Source: Opitutales bacterium (GTDB taxonomy: Bacteria > Verrucomicrobiota > Verrucomicrobiia > Opitutales > PNEW01). Taken from it: DNA of 64,000 nt. The stretch's first letter is position 1. Each line of letters starts with the position of its first letter. The DNA lies in contig CBDANS010000007.1 in assembly GCA_965197745.1 (NCBI GenBank), forward strand, positions 1,632,001 to 1,696,000, in the 5' to 3' direction. Under the pieces are notes generated by a model. It made no database searches, had not been told where the DNA came from, and saw nothing but the letters and a program-made list of their open reading frames with translations. This document shows, one piece after another, positions 61,653 to 64,000 of this stretch. Both the position numbers and the translations under genes were made by a program.

Positions 61653-64000
61653 ATGCTCAAAAATCGAAAGCTCATATTCCTTGCGGTGACTGCTTTAATG
61701 TTAAGCAGTTTCCAGTGTCTTTACGCACATAATGCATCTTTTCCTTTACCCAGTGATAAGATCAATGAATTCCCTTTTAATATGGTAGGAATGGTTTCTT
61801 CGGGAGATATCGGAGAAGATTATATATGGACCGGTTCTGGTACAGCAATATCAGAAAAGGTCGTTCTTTCTGCTGCTCATGTATTTTTTGACGAAAAACG
61901 TTCACGTTGGTGGCCAGGACCTTTTGAATGGAACTTGCGCCATTCTCCAACCAATCAAAATTTTGATATGAAAGCACGATCTTACAAGCATCTTGACGAT
62001 TATGCAGAAGCCACACGCCGTTTCTTACCTGATGACGGAACCAATTCATTGGAACAGTTTCAACGCGATGCTATTACTCTTATATTTTACGAGGATGTGG
62101 CTCATGGTGGATGGGCGGGATGGTGGAAATATAGCCTTACAGGCAGGTCTGATAGGATGATCGTTGGCTACCCTAATTTAGGTTATAGCGACTCGGATCC
62201 TAGAAATGATAGAATGCATTCAACAAGTTTGTCTGGCAGTCTTGTTGAATTTACCTATGTAGACCATACTGACAGATTGAAACCCACTGCCAGTCGACTT
62301 TTTATATCTTACGATTTATCTACAGGACCAGGAAACAGCGGAGGTCCGGTTTTTGGTTTACTTGACTATAATGATGGTTCTACAGATTGGAGCGTAGTGG
62401 GTATTGATGTGGGTGGCACTACAGGTGAGAATACTTTGGCTGTTGGAATTGACCGAGCTGTTTACGATTTAATTCAAACATCAATATCTGAGTCAGGTGA
62501 ACCTACTCTATCAGACGACCATGGAGATACCCGTAATACAGCAACTAAGATAGAACTCAATCACTCTGTTTCAGGCAACTTAGAGACAGCAGGAGATATT
62601 GATTATTTTAGGTTTTCTCTACGAGAGGAAGGAACAACAACTATTTCCACTACAGGCAGTACCGATACTCTTGGAACACTGAGAAATAATTCAGGAAATT
62701 ATATTATATCAAATGATGACAGCGGCCCAGGAGAAAATTTCTCAATCGCAAGGAAACTTAATCCAGGAACATACTATATCGTTGTCAATGGTTCATCTAA
62801 TAAAGAGACAGGTAAATATTCTCTGCATGTTAATTTTACTAAGACAATTAAATTACCTGACCTAGTAGTTGATTCTGTTAGAGTAAGTAAAAATACAATA
62901 AAAGCAGGTGAGTCGGTTTACTTTACACTTAAAAGAAGTAACAAGGGAGAAAATAATTCCGGTACATTTGATCACGGTATCTATTTATCTAAAGACAGAA
63001 CTATAACTACCGGAGACAGGCAGCTAGCAAACCTCTCAAGAACAAGCATGAGTGCAGTGGTTTCGAGAACATTTTCTCAGGAAGTAACTATACCCCAAAA
63101 TGTAGCTTCGGGCACCTATTATATAGGATATATTCTTGATATTGGGGATATAATCAGAGAGACAAATGAAAGTAATAATACAGGATATACTCAAATTGAA
63201 GTAATAAACCCTGCTTCAGACTTGATCCTTGAAGGTTCAGGTTTTGTAGCTGGAGAAAACATCCAACATCCCAATGGTAATACTTTTGATCAGGTATTAC
63301 TTTCTGGAAGAAGTATTAAGCTTAAAGCCAGGCCGAGTCAAATCACCCGGGTTTCTTTCATGGATGAAGACGAAGATATTGTTCAGGTAGAGTTTTCAGG
63401 TGCAGGCACCTTTACTGTAACCCTTGATTCAGTCACCTTTAAGCCTCCGGCCTATCCATCTCGCTATAATCAGTTGACCAGATATGTTACGGGCAAGCCA
63501 AGCATAGTTATTGAAGGGGCCGACTCCAGCACCTTCTTTAGTATATTCACGGTGGGAAGGATTAATGCAGTAAATCAGGCTCTCTTTCCAAGGAATCAAA
63601 CTTATGATGCAATAGCTGACGTAAAACTGATGGAAGTGATTAATTCTTCAGGAATAGGGGGAATGCAATTATCAAACGCGGTGTTCAGTGGAAGCACTGG
63701 TAAAGTTGGTGTGGATGCTAGAGACGTTCCCATAGCGGTGCGCTTAACGATTGGAGATATAGATGCAAGTGGTAATGCAACACCATACTTATTATTTGGC
63801 AAAGGCTCGTTTACTGTTCCAGCCAGCAACTCTGGGTTACGAATTACAGGAGGGGATCTTTATCAAAGTAACCATGCTAAGATAGTTGCAATCTCTGAAG
63901 CTGAAAATCCAATCTTCCAGGGCAATGTTAGGTCTGATGGGACAGAGATACGAGCCAGGACAATGCAGGGGTCCTTTGATTTTATAGATCGGGTAGTGCA
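61653..64000 (+). CDS. Secreted trypsin-like serine protease with PPC and CARDB domains and a conserved C-terminal domain (runs off window end)
   Basis: Hand translation: signal peptide, GSGTAI..VLSAAH, GNSGGPV, DDHGD..GDIDYF..NDDSG, PDLVV..ETNESNN. Not in ORF track (no stop in window). Confidence 0.88.
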   Translation, partial: MLKNRKLIFLAVTALMLSSFQCLYAHNASFPLPSDKINEFPFNMVGMVSSGDIGEDYIWTGSGTAISEKVVLSAAHVFFDEKRSRWWPGPFEWNLRHSPTNQNFDMKARSYKHLDDYAEATRRFLPDDGTNSLEQFQRDAITLIFYEDVAHGGWAGWWKYSLTGRSDRMIVGYPNLGYSDSDPRNDRMHSTSLSGSLVEFTYVDHTDRLKPTASRLFISYDLSTGPGNSGGPVFGLLDYNDGSTDWSVVGIDVGGTTGENTLAVGIDRAVYDLIQTSISESGEPTLSDDHGDTRNTATKIELNHSVSGNLETAGDIDYFRFSLREEGTTTISTTGSTDTLGTLRNNSGNYIISNDDSGPGENFSIARKLNPGTYYIVVNGSSNKETGKYSLHVNFTKTIKLPDLVVDSVRVSKNTIKAGESVYFTLKRSNKGENNSGTFDHGIYLSKDRTITTGDRQLANLSRTSMSAVVSRTFSQEVTIPQNVASGTYYIGYILDIGDIIRETNESNNTGYTQIEVINPASDLILEGSGFVAGENIQHPNGNTFDQVLLSGRSIKLKARPSQITRVSFMDEDEDIVQVEFSGAGTFTVTLDSVTFKPPAYPSRYNQLTRYVTGKPSIVIEGADSSTFFSIFTVGRINAVNQALFPRNQTYDAIADVKLMEVINSSGIGGMQLSNAVFSGSTGKVGVDARDVPIAVRLTIGDIDASGNATPYLLFGKGSFTVPASNSGLRITGGDLYQSNHAKIVAISEAENPIFQGNVRSDGTEIRARTMQGSFDFIDRVV

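Overview
Bacterial chromosome segment; gene content and style suggest Verrucomicrobiota/Opitutales (inference, not searched). Bases 1-28.9 kb are intact core genes: mrdA-mreDCB, a CPA2 antiporter, polB, rnr, glyA, purD, mpl, argA, xerD, modAB, accA and xth. From ~29 kb to the end is a decayed accessory island. It holds a tyrosine-integrase/Xis/Rep satellite-like module, a dif-like site, restriction-modification remnants, DUF5677-like and DUF4238 genes, many IS3-family copies and fragments, two TonB-dependent receptors, stand-alone Cache proteins, a GH-like enzyme and a secreted protease. Two unexplained systems stand out. (1) At least 17 tiny (16-43 nt) hairpin inserts with core T(A/T)CCGAG...CGAC. 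Each appears to replace a single A, without target duplication, at fixed conserved motifs of IS3 transposases and inside other repeats; none was seen in the core genes. (2) A ~200-bp att-like repeat, once beside a dead tyrosine integrase, is joined three times to IS3 DNA at the same NG|F/YIES motif, suggesting an element that uses IS3 transposase genes as its attB. No rRNA, tRNA or CRISPR array was seen.
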